This document shows, piece by piece, positions 11,861 to 23,839 of a DNA stretch of 36,741 bases (its first letter is position 1; the number at the start of each line of letters is the position of its first letter). The position numbers and the translations under genes were made by a program. Origin of the DNA: Chiloscyllium plagiosum (taxonomy: Eukaryota); the NCBI RefSeq assembly GCF_004010195.1, contig NC_057751.1, forward strand, positions 14,238,812 to 14,275,552. The letters run 5' to 3'. The notes under the pieces are model-generated. The model had not been told where the DNA came from. It did not search any database and was given only the letters and a program-made list of their open reading frames with translations.

Positions 11861-13229
11861 ATACTACTTAGTTGTTTCTAAGATTAGTGATAATTTATTG
11901 AGCCCTTCTGTTATGCGCACATACTATTGTGCTCCCTTTGTGCTGACTCATCAATATTTTAAAAGGGAGCATAATGCCATTTTTCAAATATGTGAGAAAT
12001 AAGGTTCAATAACAAAGGGAATAACATTGTCGTATGGATTCCAAGACAAGCTCTGGCATGATTGAAGTATCATTGATTTGTGGGCTTATAGATTTCCATT
12101 GGAAGTCAGACTCACAGGGCAAATGGTCGTCAGCATTTCACAATTTTATATGTGCATACAGGAGAAGCAAGAATGTACAAGGGCCATTACCTGGAAGTCA
12201 GGATGTGCAATTTAAGACATTGTGTGACAAGTGACTTTTCTTGCTGTGATGAGAATCCTTGAAGATTGTGTGCAATTTAAGCGCATAATGCTTCTGAAAA
12301 CCTGTAAGTTAAAATATGTCATACTGGTAAAAGTCTCAAGAACTGAAGCAGATATCCCGGTTCTCATCGCTGGATGCAGATATCATAGTTTTGCTGCCTT
12401 TAAAGAAGTCTGAGGCCAGCTGGAAGCAAAACACTCTCTTTCAGTGATTGTCAAACATTTGACTGCTATTGAGAGCAGTATCTAGAATTTAGCAGATGCA
12501 GTGTTCTGTTTATGATTTTGTTTATCTCCAGCGAAAACATGTTTCTTTGGGTTTCCGCAGATGTAATTGGCAATGATGCAATTGTTTCATACTTGCGCAA
12601 GGTATTTTCTCTCATTAACTGCATCACTGATACAGCCACGCCCATGTCTGGAGAAGTACTGTTTCGAATAATTGTTCAGATCTCTGTCAAGGATGCATGT
12701 GTTTTGTTCTCGTTTAGTTTCTTGCACTATATGCAGCAGCTCTTGAAGCACAAGAGATATTTTGATGGTGAAGTTCAGACTGAGATGTCAATTCATAATT
12801 ACACATGTTCCATCTGCCAAAGAAGATAAGCCATTGCTTCAAGTTGTAATTTTTTTTCCTCATTTCAGTCAATAGGATTCAGTGGTCATACACAGAATTA
12901 CAACATTGAAAAAACCATTCAGAAGATGCCTCTTTGTCGCCATTCGCACTGGCACACAAGCATCTTCATTCACATAACCATATCCCCTCATCCCCCTTTC
13001 TTCACTGATCTGATCTCATCAAGAGTGTTTGGTTCCTGTATTAGTTGCTGTTCCAGGAACTGAATCCTAGTGCACCACTTCTGTCATGCTCTCTATTGAA
13101 TCTCTTAACTTGTACTCTTGCCTCAATGGCTATTGGTTCTGGGCATCTTGAGCAACAGTTTGGCTCTTGCTGCCCGACTTCATGCTGTCATAATTTGAAA
13201 TATTTATTGTAAGAACTGCTTTCTTAGAG

Positions 13230-16200
13230 GTGTTTTAGGTGTTGGAGCTGATATCCTCGAAGTCCAGGAGCAGTAATTCCGATTTCATAAGGTGTTGAAT
13301 TGTTTTGGAACTTTGGGGGAAGAAAGATCAAAGCAACGGGACTTGAAAAAGGAGGGAGAGAGATATAACCAGAGACCACATGGTCAGAGAATGAAACGAG
13401 AAAGAAACCTATACTGCTGTCTGACACAGCAGTGAATCTGCGAAGTTACTGCTTTTGCTGTTTGAGTTCAAGTATCTCGATATGGGAGTACGTCTGAGAA
13501 AAATTACAAAGCAGCAAAATTTACAGTTGACCCTAGACAAACCTGTGTGTGAGAGCTCACAACCTCACAGCAGTCAATTGCATAGTTTTTAAGTGTAAAC
13601 TTGATGTACTTTTTCTTTGTAAATCGACAATAGTGAGTAGAGAGGGTTCTTTTTTGATATATTTTATTGAGATCTGCCTCGATTAAATTGTAAAAATACA
13701 AAACATAGGTACTAAGTTAGCCTGGAGCAATGGTTTTAAAGCAGTAAGATTGTTATTTTCTGGGTCTGCAGATTGTTAAGATGCAGAGGTGGCCTTTTGT
13801 AGAGTGACATGCTCTTCCTGTCGGGTGAGGGAGATTAGGGAGTGTTTCCATGTTACTCCATGCAGTAAATATGTTTGATTGCAAATCCTATCAGATTGCA
13901 TGGATTGGTTGGAGCGGCAGTTAGAGACATTAGGAATTTACAGGAGTTGGGGGTGTGACGGATGGCGGTTATAGGAAGGGAGAAAAGCTGCAGATACAGT
14001 CAGGTAGATGGGTTACCTCCAAGAAAGATAGAAGAGGGAGGCAGGTAGTACAGGAGTCTTCTATGGTTATCCCCATCTCAAACAATTATGCTGGTTTGGA
14101 AAATGTAGTGGGTGATATGCTCTCAGGGGAATGTAGCAAGAACAGCCAAGTTTCTGGTACCGAGACTGGCTCTAATGTAATGAGGTAACGTTCAGGTTCC
14201 AAATGATCGATTGTGATAGGGGACTTTCTAGTCAGAGACACAAATAGACATTTCTGTAGCTGACAGGGCGAAATCAAGGTGGTGTGTTGCCTCCCTGGAG
14301 CCAGGATCAAGGATATCTCAGAGACAGTGCAGAATATCCTCAAAGGGGAATGGGACCAGCAGGAGATGGTTGTCCTCATGGGAAATGATGGCATGGAAAG
14401 GAAAAAGGATGAGATTATGAAGGGAGAGTATAGGAAGTTAGGCTGGAATTTAAAAATGAGGTCCTCAAAGGTAGCAAGATCTGGATTACTCCAAGTGCCA
14501 CGAGCTAGTGAGGGGAGGAATAGGAGGATAGAGCAGATGAACGTGTGGCTGGGGAGAAGGGTAGGAGTAGGAGGACAGAGCAGATGAATGTGCGGCTGAG
14601 GAACTGGTGCAGCGGAGAAGGGTTCATATTTTTGGATCATTGGAATCTCTTCTGGTGTAGAACTGACTTGCATAAGAAGGATGGATTACCCCCGAATTGG
14701 AAGGGGACTAATATACTGGCAGGGAGATTTGGGAGAGCTGCTCGGGAGGATTTCGACCAGTTAAGGTTGGGGGGTGGGACCCAGGGAGATAGTGAGGAAA
14801 GAGATCAGTCTGAAACTGGTGCATTTGGGAAAAGGAACAAGTTAAACAGTCAGGGCAGGCAAGAACAAAGCAGAGAACAAGGTAGGACTGATCAATTAAA
14901 CTGCATTTATTTTGATGCAAAAGGCCTAACATTGAAGGCAGATGAACTTGGCGCATAGTGAGAAATGTGGGACTGGGATATCATAGCAATTTCAGAGACA
15001 TGGCTCAGGGATGGACAGGACTGGCAGCTTAATGTTCCAGATACAAATGCTACAGGAAGGATAGAAAGAGAGGCAAGAGAGGAGGGGGAGTGGCATTTTT
15101 TGATAAGGGATAACATTATGGCTGGACTTAAGAAAGGTATTCCTGGGAATATGTCTGGGGAAGTTATTTGGGTGGAACTGAGAAATAAGAAAGGGATGAT
15201 CACCTTGTTGAGATTGTACTATAGACCCTCCCTCTAATAGTCAGCAGGAAATTGCAAAACAAATTTATAAGGAGATCTCAGTTATCTGTGAGAATAATAG
15301 GGTGGTAATTGTGGGGGATTTTAACTTTCCAAACAGACTGGGACTACCATAGTGTTCAGGGCTTGGGTGGAGAGAAATTAAGTATGTCCAAGAAAATTTT
15401 CTGATTTAGTCTGAGAATGTGCATAATAGAAAAGGTGCAAAACTTGACCTACACTTGGGCAATAAGGCAGGGCAAATGACTGAGGTGTCAGTGGGGGAAT
15501 ACATTTGGGCCAATAACCATAATTCTATTAGTTTTAAAATAGTGATGGAAAAGGATCGACAGGATCCAAAAGTTGAAGTTTTAAATTGAAAGAAGGCTAA
15601 TTTTGATGGTATTAGGCAAGAACTTTCAAATGTTGGGGGCAGATATTCACAGGTAAAGGGACAGCTAGAAAATGGGAAGCCTTCGAAACTGAGCTAACGA
15701 GAGTTCCTGTTCGGGTGAAAGGCAAGGCTGGTAGGTGTAGGGAATGCTGGATGACTAGAGAAATTGGTTTGGTTAAGAAAAAGAAGGAAGCATATGTCAG
15801 GTATCGACAGGAGAGATCGAGTGAATTCTTAGAGTATAAAGGCAGTTGTAGTATACTTAAGAGGGAAATCAGGAGGGTGAAAAGGGAACATGAGAAAGCT
15901 GTGGCAAATAGATTTAAGGAGAATCCAAAGCGATTTTACAAATACGTAAAGGACAAAAAGGTAACCAGGGAGAGAAAAGGGCCTCTCAAAGATCAGCAAG
16001 GCAGGCTGTTTGTGGAACTGCAGCAGGTACAGGAGACACCAAACAAGTATTTTGCATCAGTCTTTACTGTGGAGAAGGACATGGAAGTTATAGAATTTAA
16101 GAAAGTAGACTGTGGCATCTTGAAAAATGTCCATATGATAGAGGAGGTGGTGCTGGATGTCTTAAAATGTATAAAGGTGGATAGATCCCCAGAACCTGAT

Positions 16201-18375
16201 CAGGTGTACCCTCGAACTGTATGGGAAGTTAGGGAAGTCGTTGCTGAGATATTTATATCATCGGTAGTCACGTGTGAGGTGCTGGAAGCCCAGAGGTTGG
16301 CTAATGTGGTGTAGCATTTAAGAAAGGTAAGGACAAGCCAGGGAACTATAGACTGGTGAGTCTGACATCAGTGGTGGGCACATTGTTGGAGGGATTCCTG
16401 AAGGACAGGATGTACATGTATTTGCAAAGGCATGGACCAATTAGGGATAGTCAACATGGCTTTGTGCATGGGAAATCATATCTCACAAACTTGATTGAGT
16501 TTTTTGAAGAAGTAACAAAGAGGATAGATGAGGGCAGAGTGGTGGACATCATCTATCTGGACCAGTAAGGTTCCTCATAATAGCCTGACTGGCAAGGAAT
16601 ACAGGGTGAACATGTCAGTTCGATACAGAACAGGGTGGTGGTGAAGGGTGCTTTTCAGACTGGAGGCCTGTGACCAGTGGTGTGCCACAAGGATCGGTAC
16701 TGGATCCACTGCTTTTTGTCATTTATATCAATAATATGAATGTGAACAGAGGATGTAAAGTTACTCAGTTTGCAGATGATACCAAAATTAGTGGTGTAGT
16801 GGACAGTGAAGAAGGTTACCTCAGATTACATCGGGATCTTGATCTGATGACCCAATGGGCTGAGGAGTGGCAGTAGAATTTAATTTAGATAAATGCGAGG
16901 TGCTGCATTTTGGGAAAGCAAATCTTAGTTGGAGGTAACGTCCTAGGGAGTGTTGCTGAACAAAGAGACCTTGGAGTGCAGGTTCATAGCTCCTTGAAAG
17001 TGGAGTCGCAGGTAGATAGGATAGTGAAGAAGGCGTTTGGTATGCTTTCCTTTATCGGTCAGAGTATTGAGTACAGGAGTTGGGAGGTCATGTTGCAGCT
17101 GTACAGGTCATTGGTTAGGCCACTGTTGGAATATTGCGTGCAGTTCTGGTCTCCTTCCTATCGGAAAAATGTTGTGAAACTTGAAAGGCTTCAGAAAAGA
17201 TTTACAAGGATTTTGCCAGGGTTGGACGATGTGAGCTACAGGGAGAGGCTGAACAGGCTGGGGCTGTTTTCCCTGGAGCGTCGGAGGCTGAGGGGTGACC
17301 TTATAGAGGTTTACAAAATTATGAGGGGTATGGATAGGATAAATAGGCAAAGTATTTTCCCTGGGGTCGGGGAGTCCAGAACTGGAGGGTAGAGGTTTAG
17401 GGTGAGAGGGGAAAGATATAAAAGGGGTCTCAGGGGCAACTTTTTCACACAGAGGGTGATACGTGTATGGAATGAGCTGCCAGAGGATGTGGTGGAGGCT
17501 GGTACAATTGCAACATTTAAGAGGCATCTGGATGGGTATATGAATAGGAAGGGTTTGGAGGGATATGGGCCAGGTGCTGGCAGGTGGGACTAGATTGGGT
17601 TGGGATATCTGGGACAGCATGGACGGGTTGGACCGAAGGGTCTGTTTCCATGCTGTACATCTCTATGACTCTGACTTATCCACTTAATGCTAAGGTCCTG
17701 GGGAGTGTTGCTGAACAAAGAGACCTTGGAGTGCAGGTTCATAGCTCCTTGAAAGTAGAGTCGAAAATAGATGGGATAGTGAAGAAGGCGTTTGGTATGC
17801 TTTCCTTCATTGGTCAGAGTATTGAGTACAGGAGTCAGGAGGTAATGTTGCGGCTGTACACGACATTAGTTAGGCCACTGTTGGAATATTGCGTGCAATT
17901 CTGGTCTCCTTCCTATCGGAAGGATATGGTGAAACTTGAAAGGGATCAGAAAAGATTTACAAGCATATTGCCAGGGTTGGAGGGTTTGAGCTACAGGGAG
18001 AGCCTGAATAGGCTAGGGCTGTTTTCCCTGGAGCATTGGAGGCTGAGGGGTGACCTTACAGGGATTAATAAAATCGTGAGTGGCATGGATAGGATAAATA
18101 GACAAGGGTTTTTCCCTGTGGTAGGGGAGTCCAAAACTAGAGGGCATAGTTTTAAGATGCGAGAGGAAAAATATAAAAGGGACCAAAGGGGCAACTTTTT
18201 TACGCAGAGGGTGTATGGCATCAGGATGTGTATGTGAATAGGAAGGGTTTGGAGGGATTTGGGCCAAATGATGGCAAGTGGAACGAGATTAATTTAGGAC
18301 ATGTGGTCGGCATTGCCGAATTGGACCGAAGGGTCTGTTTGTGTGCCATACATCTCTATGACTCTATAACTCTAT
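13230..18375 (+). mobile_element. Near full-length, inactivated CR1 LINE: putative 5' UTR, ORF1 (zinc finger and SGNH esterase), ORF2 (APE endonuclease and RT), 3' UTR; contains a second 3' end at 16934-17672
   Basis: ORF1 TCSSC, IVIGDFLVR, VCCLPGARIKD. ORF2 CIYFDAKGL, DIIAISETWL, GDFNFP, SQHGFVHGKSYLTNL, GVPQGSVL, FADDTK. Many stops and frameshifts. Ends in ctctatga/ctctataa repeats. The 5' boundary is approximate. Confidence 0.92.
16934..17672 (+). mobile_element. Younger 5'-truncated CR1 3' end nested in tandem within the host CR1
   Basis: Repeats 17688-18375, has a less disrupted frame (ORF 16910..17392) and its own 3' UTR ending ctctatgactct. Confidence 0.85.
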
Positions 18376-18892
18376 CTGAGTCTGATCTTGTAAATTGTGT
18401 TGGGGGTGCAAAGAATACAACAAACTGCAGGTGTTTATTTGATTTCTCATCCCATTGTCAGGGAGATGTGGTGGATCACAGGCACTGTGTTGGGAATTTC
18501 AGATCACACTGTGTGTTCTGCAAAAACACATGGTGGCTAATCTGCTGAAGCTGCAACTTCAGAGTGGATAAGACATCTGGAGTCACTGTAGTATGCACAG
18601 GAATCTGAAAGTTTTGTTGGCAGCATGTTTTAAGAAGTTTTCACCCTGCTGCGACAGAGTACCAAAAACAAATTATTTCTGCTTAATCTTGATAAATACG
18701 AGTCAGGCTTGGCTGGACTCTTTGTCAATTCTGAGCACCTTGACTTAGGTAGGGTGCAGAAAGAGATCCATTAGAAAGGTGCCAGGAATGAATTTTCCAT
18801 GATGTGAAGAAGAGAATTCAAGAAGTTGGGATTATCCACAAAGCGGAGAAAGTTTAAGATGTTTGATCATATTCAAATCAGGAATGGTTTTC

Positions 18893-19722
18893 GAGTCATA
18901 GAGATGTACAGCATGGAAACAAACCCTTCGGTCCAACCCCATCCATGCCGTTTAGATATCCCAACCCAATCTAGTCCCACCTGCCAGCACCCGGCCCATA
19001 TCCCTCCAAACCCTTCCTATTCATATACCCATCCAGATGCCTCTTAAATATTGCAATTGTATCAGCGTGAAAACATTGCCCCTTACGTCCCTTTTATATC
19101 TTTTCCCTCTCACCCTAAACCTATGCCCTCTAGTTCTGGACTCCCTAACCCCAGGGAAAAGACTTTGTTTATTTATCCTATCCATGCCCCTCATAATTTT
19201 GTAAGCCTCAGCCTCTGACGCTCCAGGGAAAGCAGCCCCAGCCTGTTCAGCCTCTCCCAGTAGCTCACATCCTCCAACCCTGGCAACATTCTTGTAAAAC
19301 TTTTCTGAACCCTTTCAAGTTTCACAACATCTTTCCGATAGGAAGGAGACCAGAATTGCACGCAATATTCCAACAGTGGCCTAACCAATGTCGTGTACAG
19401 CCGCAACATGACCTCCCAACGCCTGTACTCAATACTCTGACCANNNNNNNNNNNNNNNNNNNNNNNNNNNNNNNNNNNNNNNNNNNNNNNNNNNNNNNNN
19501 NNNNNNNNNNNNNNNNNNNNNNNNNNNNNNNNNNNNNNNNNNNNNNNNNNNNNNNNNNNNNNNNNNNNNCTCCAGTCTGAAAAACAGCCCTCCACCACCA
19601 CCCTCTGTCTTCTACCTTTGAGCCAGTTCTGTATCCAAATGGCTAGTTCTCCCTGTATTCCATGAGATCTGACCTTGCTGATCAGTCTCCCTTGGGGAAC
19701 CTTGTCGAACACCTTACTGAAG
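18893..19722 (-). mobile_element. Young CR1 3' fragment, spans an assembly gap
   Basis: ORF 19191..19712 (FDKVPQGRL...LEYCVQFWSP...ERVQKSFTRML). The 3' UTR is the reverse complement of 17490-17672. Confidence 0.92.
19444..19569. other. Assembly gap (126 N)
   Basis: Run of n. Confidence 1.
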
Positions 19723-19879
19723 TTGATAGTGAATAAAGAGAAACTGATTCAAGTAGCAGAACATTTCGTCACCCAAGGATACATTGTGGATGTTTGTTGA
19801 AGTCACCATGCCTGAACATCTTTTCACACAGTAAGTTGGAACCTGGCATGCTGTCTGAAAGAGTAGTGAAAGCAGGTTC

Positions 19880-21365
19880 ACAGTAACCTTCAAAACGGAA
19901 TTGGATACATAACCCGTGGGAGCATTGACATACAGAGGGATCTGTGCATACAGGTCCGCAGTTCCCCTGAAAGTGCCAATCCAGTTGGATAAGGTGGTTA
20001 AGAAGGCATACCGCATGCTTGCCTCCATTGGCCAGGGCATTGAATGTAAAAGTTGGCAAATTATGTTAAGCTGTACAAAGTGTTAGTTAAACCACGTTGG
20101 GAATATTGCGTGCAGTTCTGGTTGCCACACTAGCAGAAGGAGACAGTGCAGAGAAGGTTTACCAGGATGTTGCCAGGTCCTGGAGGGTTTCAGTTGTGAG
20201 GAGAGTTTGGATAAACTCAGATTGTTTTCACTGGAAAAACAGAGGCTGAGGGGGTGACCTGTGAAGTTCGACAAATTATGTGAAGCATAGGGAGCGGGTG
20301 GATAGTCGGAGGCTTTTTCCCCCAGGGTGGAAAGGTCAACTACATCAGGGCACATTCAGGGTGAGAGGGGAAAGGTTTAGGGGACAAGTGCTGGGAGAAT
20401 GTTTCGTCCAGAGGGTGCTGGGTGCCTCGAACGTACTGCCAGTGGAGGTGGTAGAAGCAGGCATGTTAACGTTTAAGGCGTATCTTGATAGATAGCTGAA
20501 TGGAAGACAAACCAAGGGATAGAAACTCTGTATGGGTATCACGACACTGTGGTGAACCCCTCTGCTAATTCAACCAAACACCCAGAAAAGCTCACCTCAC
20601 CTCACAATCTGTTAAAGTATGAGTGACCGAGAATTCCCAAATTCTACTACTTAACAAAAAGAATCAATTTATTCTTTAACTCTAAAAGTGAACATTAAAC
20701 AACAGCTATTTACAACTCTAAGCCTCGTTTCCCTTCAAGCTTTGTTATCTCCCTCCAACTCTATAACAGTATACTGTTCCAATAAACACCCTACTAAAAT
20801 TATATCAGCTTAATTTTCAAAACCAGAGCGTGCCAGTGGTCTCTGGTTTCCTCCTCCCTCTGATTGTAGATCTCCCTGGATCGTCTTCAGGTTTTGGCTG
20901 CAAAGATGTTTCATATGAAAAAGGTCTCTTTGATATAGAGTGTTTTGAATGGCAGTCTCTCTTGATGGCAGTTTACTCTCTGACTAACCCTCAAAATGTC
21001 GGCTTCTTTATACCCCCAAACAGCAGATCGTCTCAATGGTACGATGTTGGCAAAAAAAAAATTCAGACTTGATTGGCTTTTAGTATCCTGAGGCATAATT
21101 TAAACTGATTGGTTAGATTTGGATGGTAGAGAAAACAGCTGAGGTATCTAGTTTGCAGCCAAATGTTACGTATTTTCAATTTTCCAGTGACTACTTGGCA
21201 GTCACATGACAGTTGCCTGCAAACTCTCATGCAAAATAGCTGTACCTCTTAGAGGTACAGTACACTCCTTCAACTTCATAACAATGGACAATAAATAGCG
21301 GATCTGAGGAAGGACTAGGAATCGTGCAGATTTGGTGGGCCGAAGGGCTTGTTCCAGTGCTGTTT
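19880..21365 (+). mobile_element. CR1 3' fragment of another subfamily, split by a solo LTR
   Basis: QRDL.., VVKKAY, EYCVQFW, FTRMLPG motifs. The 3' tail (gggccgaagggcttgttccagtgctg) resumes after 21284. Confidence 0.8.
20548..21283 (-). mobile_element. Solo LTR (736 bp), antisense to KAT6A
   Basis: Minus strand TGTTATGAA...TTCACCACA (TG..CA, 7/9 inverted termini). In order on the minus strand: CCAAT (21108-12, 21072-76), TATAAA (21007-12), AATAAA (20668-73). It interrupts a CR1 3' UTR. TSD not evident. Confidence 0.7.
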
Positions 21366-21539
21366 TAAATTATATTTTATTCATGGGAGAAATAAATGAT
21401 TGGGAAGAGAGCAAGGGAGGGGGATACTAATTGGATGGCTCTGGCAAAGAGCTGGCAGATGCACAATGGGCCTGGTGCATCCCTCCTGTGTATTCTGTAA
21501 GCCAAACATCCTCCGATAGGGAGGAAAGGTACGATACCC

Positions 21540-21800
21540 AATGCTATAGCTCTCTGGATGACAAAGGACAGAGCGGTTTAGCTGTCATAGAAAAGGCTGG
21601 ATTATGAGCAATGTCAGCTTCAGTAATACACTTGAAAACCAGGCAGAATACTAAATGTGCTGGTGAAGTTGAACAAGGCTATTATAAGGGCAAAGAGAGA
21701 TCTGGAAAAAAGATTAGCATGTAACCTCAAAGGGAACTTGAAAATGCTGAATAAATCAAGTGGAATAAATCAAGAAATAATGTGTTGAGCTGACAACGAA
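21540..21800 (+). mobile_element. Old CR1 ORF2 mid-region fragment
   Basis: Degenerate WMTK...ENQAEY...AKRDLEKRLACNLKGN. Confidence 0.55.
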
Positions 21801-22268
21801 AAGCATTTTGTTACACTGAACAGAGACAATGAAAGGCAAAGAAGTGTAACAATTGTCAAGTAACCTGCGTACGTTAGTAAGTTCACAATAATAGTGTTAG
21901 CCTTGAATTGAATGCTAACTCTGTTCTCAGATGATAGCCATACCCTTCAACAGGTCCCTGATCTAGTGCATGAAGGAAAATGATGATGGTCTGACTGTTC
22001 CTTCAGCTGAAGTGAGCTAGCATAGTACAAAACCATAAATTAACTAGTCATTCTGAATTAACCCACCAGTGCGGTGCATTTACCAACTAGGTTGGTCGTG
22101 GAACTCATGAACAGAACAATAGGTAGAATCTGAGTAAATACAGGATGTCAATTTTCAGAATAGCCACTGCCACAGACAGACAAGAGATGGCCAGTCTGCT
22201 CCTGGGCTTCCCACTTTTGAGTTGGCTAGTGATTTCAAAATACACGCTGTTTGATTCCACCTTTCTGA

Positions 22269-22593
22269 ATTAGATTAGATTAGATTCCCTACAATGTGGA
22301 AACAGGCCCTTTGGCCCAACAAGTCCACACCGACCCTCCGAAGAGCAGCCCACCCAGACCCATTCCCCTACATTTACCCCTTCACCTAACACAACGGGCA
22401 ATTTAGCATGGCCAATTCACCGAACCTGTACATCTTTGGACTGTGGGAGGAAATCGGAGCACCCGGAGGAAACCCACGCAGACACGGGGAGAACGTGCAA
22501 ACTCCACACAGACAGTTGCCTGAGGCAGGAATTGAACCCGGGTCTCTGGCGCTGTGAGGCAGCAGTGCTAACCACTGAGCCACCTACCGTCCC
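22269..22593 (-). mobile_element. Full-length HE1-type SINE
   Basis: Reverse complement has tRNA head, central domain, CR1-like tail and (aatct)3. Confidence 0.95.
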
Positions 22594-22662
22594 AAAGTGC
22601 TAACATGGAGAATAACGTGATACTCTTGAGGGTAACTCTGAAATTGACTGAATATTCCAACT

Positions 22663-22696
22663 GTCCTGAAGAAGGGCTCATGCCCGAAACGTCGAT
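22663..22696 (+). ncRNA. Intact minimal type-I hammerhead ribozyme core (PLE type)
   Basis: GTC-CTGAAGA-A-GGGC-TCAT-GCCC-GAAA-CG-TC-GAT. All core residues are present, stem III is the palindrome ACGU, and cleavage is predicted after C22693. Confidence 0.75.
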
Positions 22697-22725
22697 TCTC
22701 CTGCTCCTTGGATGCTGCCTGACCT
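22663..22725 (+). mobile_element. 63-nt PLE-terminus insertion with perfect 10-bp TSD (tattccaact)
   Basis: TSD at 22653-22662 and 22726-22735. The insert is homologous to the termini of the PLE at 7476-8886 (ctgctcc..ggatgctgcctgacct). Confidence 0.9.
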
Positions 22726-23236
22726 TATTCCAACTCCCCAGAAGGAAAAGATCATTCTTCCAAATGGGGTCTCATGTCCTGGGTGGGGGGGGGGGGGGGA
22801 AGGCAACATGTGTGGCCAGGTAGTATGTCTCCAAAAAATTCGTTTACGCTCATTTGCAGAAATTGCACAAGTTATTTTGAAGTTTGCTCTGAATGAGGAA
22901 TGTAACAGGTGAGTTTGGAATATTGAGTGGAACTTTAATGAAAGCATTGCATACCTTGCATGTTTTCTGGCTGAGGAAAGAGTGACAGGGCAATTAGATT
23001 GATAACACAGGTAGAATGATAATTCCCCAAATTTGCTGGAATCCTATAATCGATCCTAAAAATGAAACTTGAGTATGATGGCATTCTTGAATGGAAAATA
23101 TTTCTCTGCATTATACATTTTAAAGCATCACATTGTTCAGGTTGAGGAAATCATTTGCTTTTCCAGCAACACCTGGAGGATCCGACAAGATTGGTCGTGT
23201 ATTACTATTCATTATGTGCATGTTCTTCTTTGACAG

Positions 23237-23352
23237 AAAGTTGGAGTCACTGGCCCACCAGATCCACAAGTCCGTTCACCTTCTGTAATAGAATTTGGAA
23301 AATATGAGATCCAGACCTGGTATTCCTCTCCATATCCCCAGGAATATACAAG
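23237..23352 (+). CDS. KAT6A: KAT6A coding exon (116 nt, phase 0 to 2), start of MYST domain: [38 protein letters not shown](R)
   Basis: Acceptor ttcttctttgacag, donor AG|gtactg. Translation matches the MYST N-terminus ([19 protein letters not shown]). The [13 protein letters not shown] leader is characteristic of KAT6A rather than KAT6B. Confidence 0.96.
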
Positions 23353-23484
23353 GTACTGTAACCTCAAGTTGGATTTGCTTGTATAACTTTTCCTATTTGA
23401 AGTTGAACTTGGGAAATTACATGGACAAGAAGTGATCAAGAAAAATCTGCAATTATGCTGTGCTTTTCAGTCCTGTTGAACATT

Positions 23485-23836
23485 TCAAAGTGCTTCACAG
23501 TCAATGAAGTACTTTTGAAATGAGATCACTGTTGTGATGTAGGGAAGACAGCAGCCAATTTGTGCACAGCCGGCTCCCTCAAGTGACAAAGTGATAATGA
23601 CCACATATTTCTTGTTGTGACATTGGTAGAGGAATAGAAATCGGCCATGGTTTTGCAAGATAGTTCTTGTGATTTTTTCCAAAATAATAGCAAGAGATCA
23701 GATCAGGTAGATTTGGCCTTTGGTTTAACATCTCTCTCGAAAAGCAGTGCTTCCAACGTTCCCTCAACACTGTGTCAGACCTTATCATGCTTACGTTGTG
23801 AGGTGAGACTTCGCCCAAGGATCTTGTGACTCAAAA
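23485..23836 (-). mobile_element. Ancient Deu-domain SINE (SacSINE1/AmnSINE1-like), decayed
   Basis: Recognisable segments aagtgcttcacagtcaatgaagtacttttgaa, gcagccaatttgtgcacagc, ggtttaacatctc..cgaaa, and a B-box remnant near 23805-23832. Confidence 0.7.
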
Positions 23837-23839
23837 GTC

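Noticed and set aside
13955..18237. Long ORFs (160-217 aa) as host genes or an active LINE
   Set aside because: These are frameshifted fragments of CR1 ORF1/ORF2 with multiple stops.
22786..22799. Poly-G run as a functional G-quadruplex
   Set aside because: A simple homopolymer with no supporting context.
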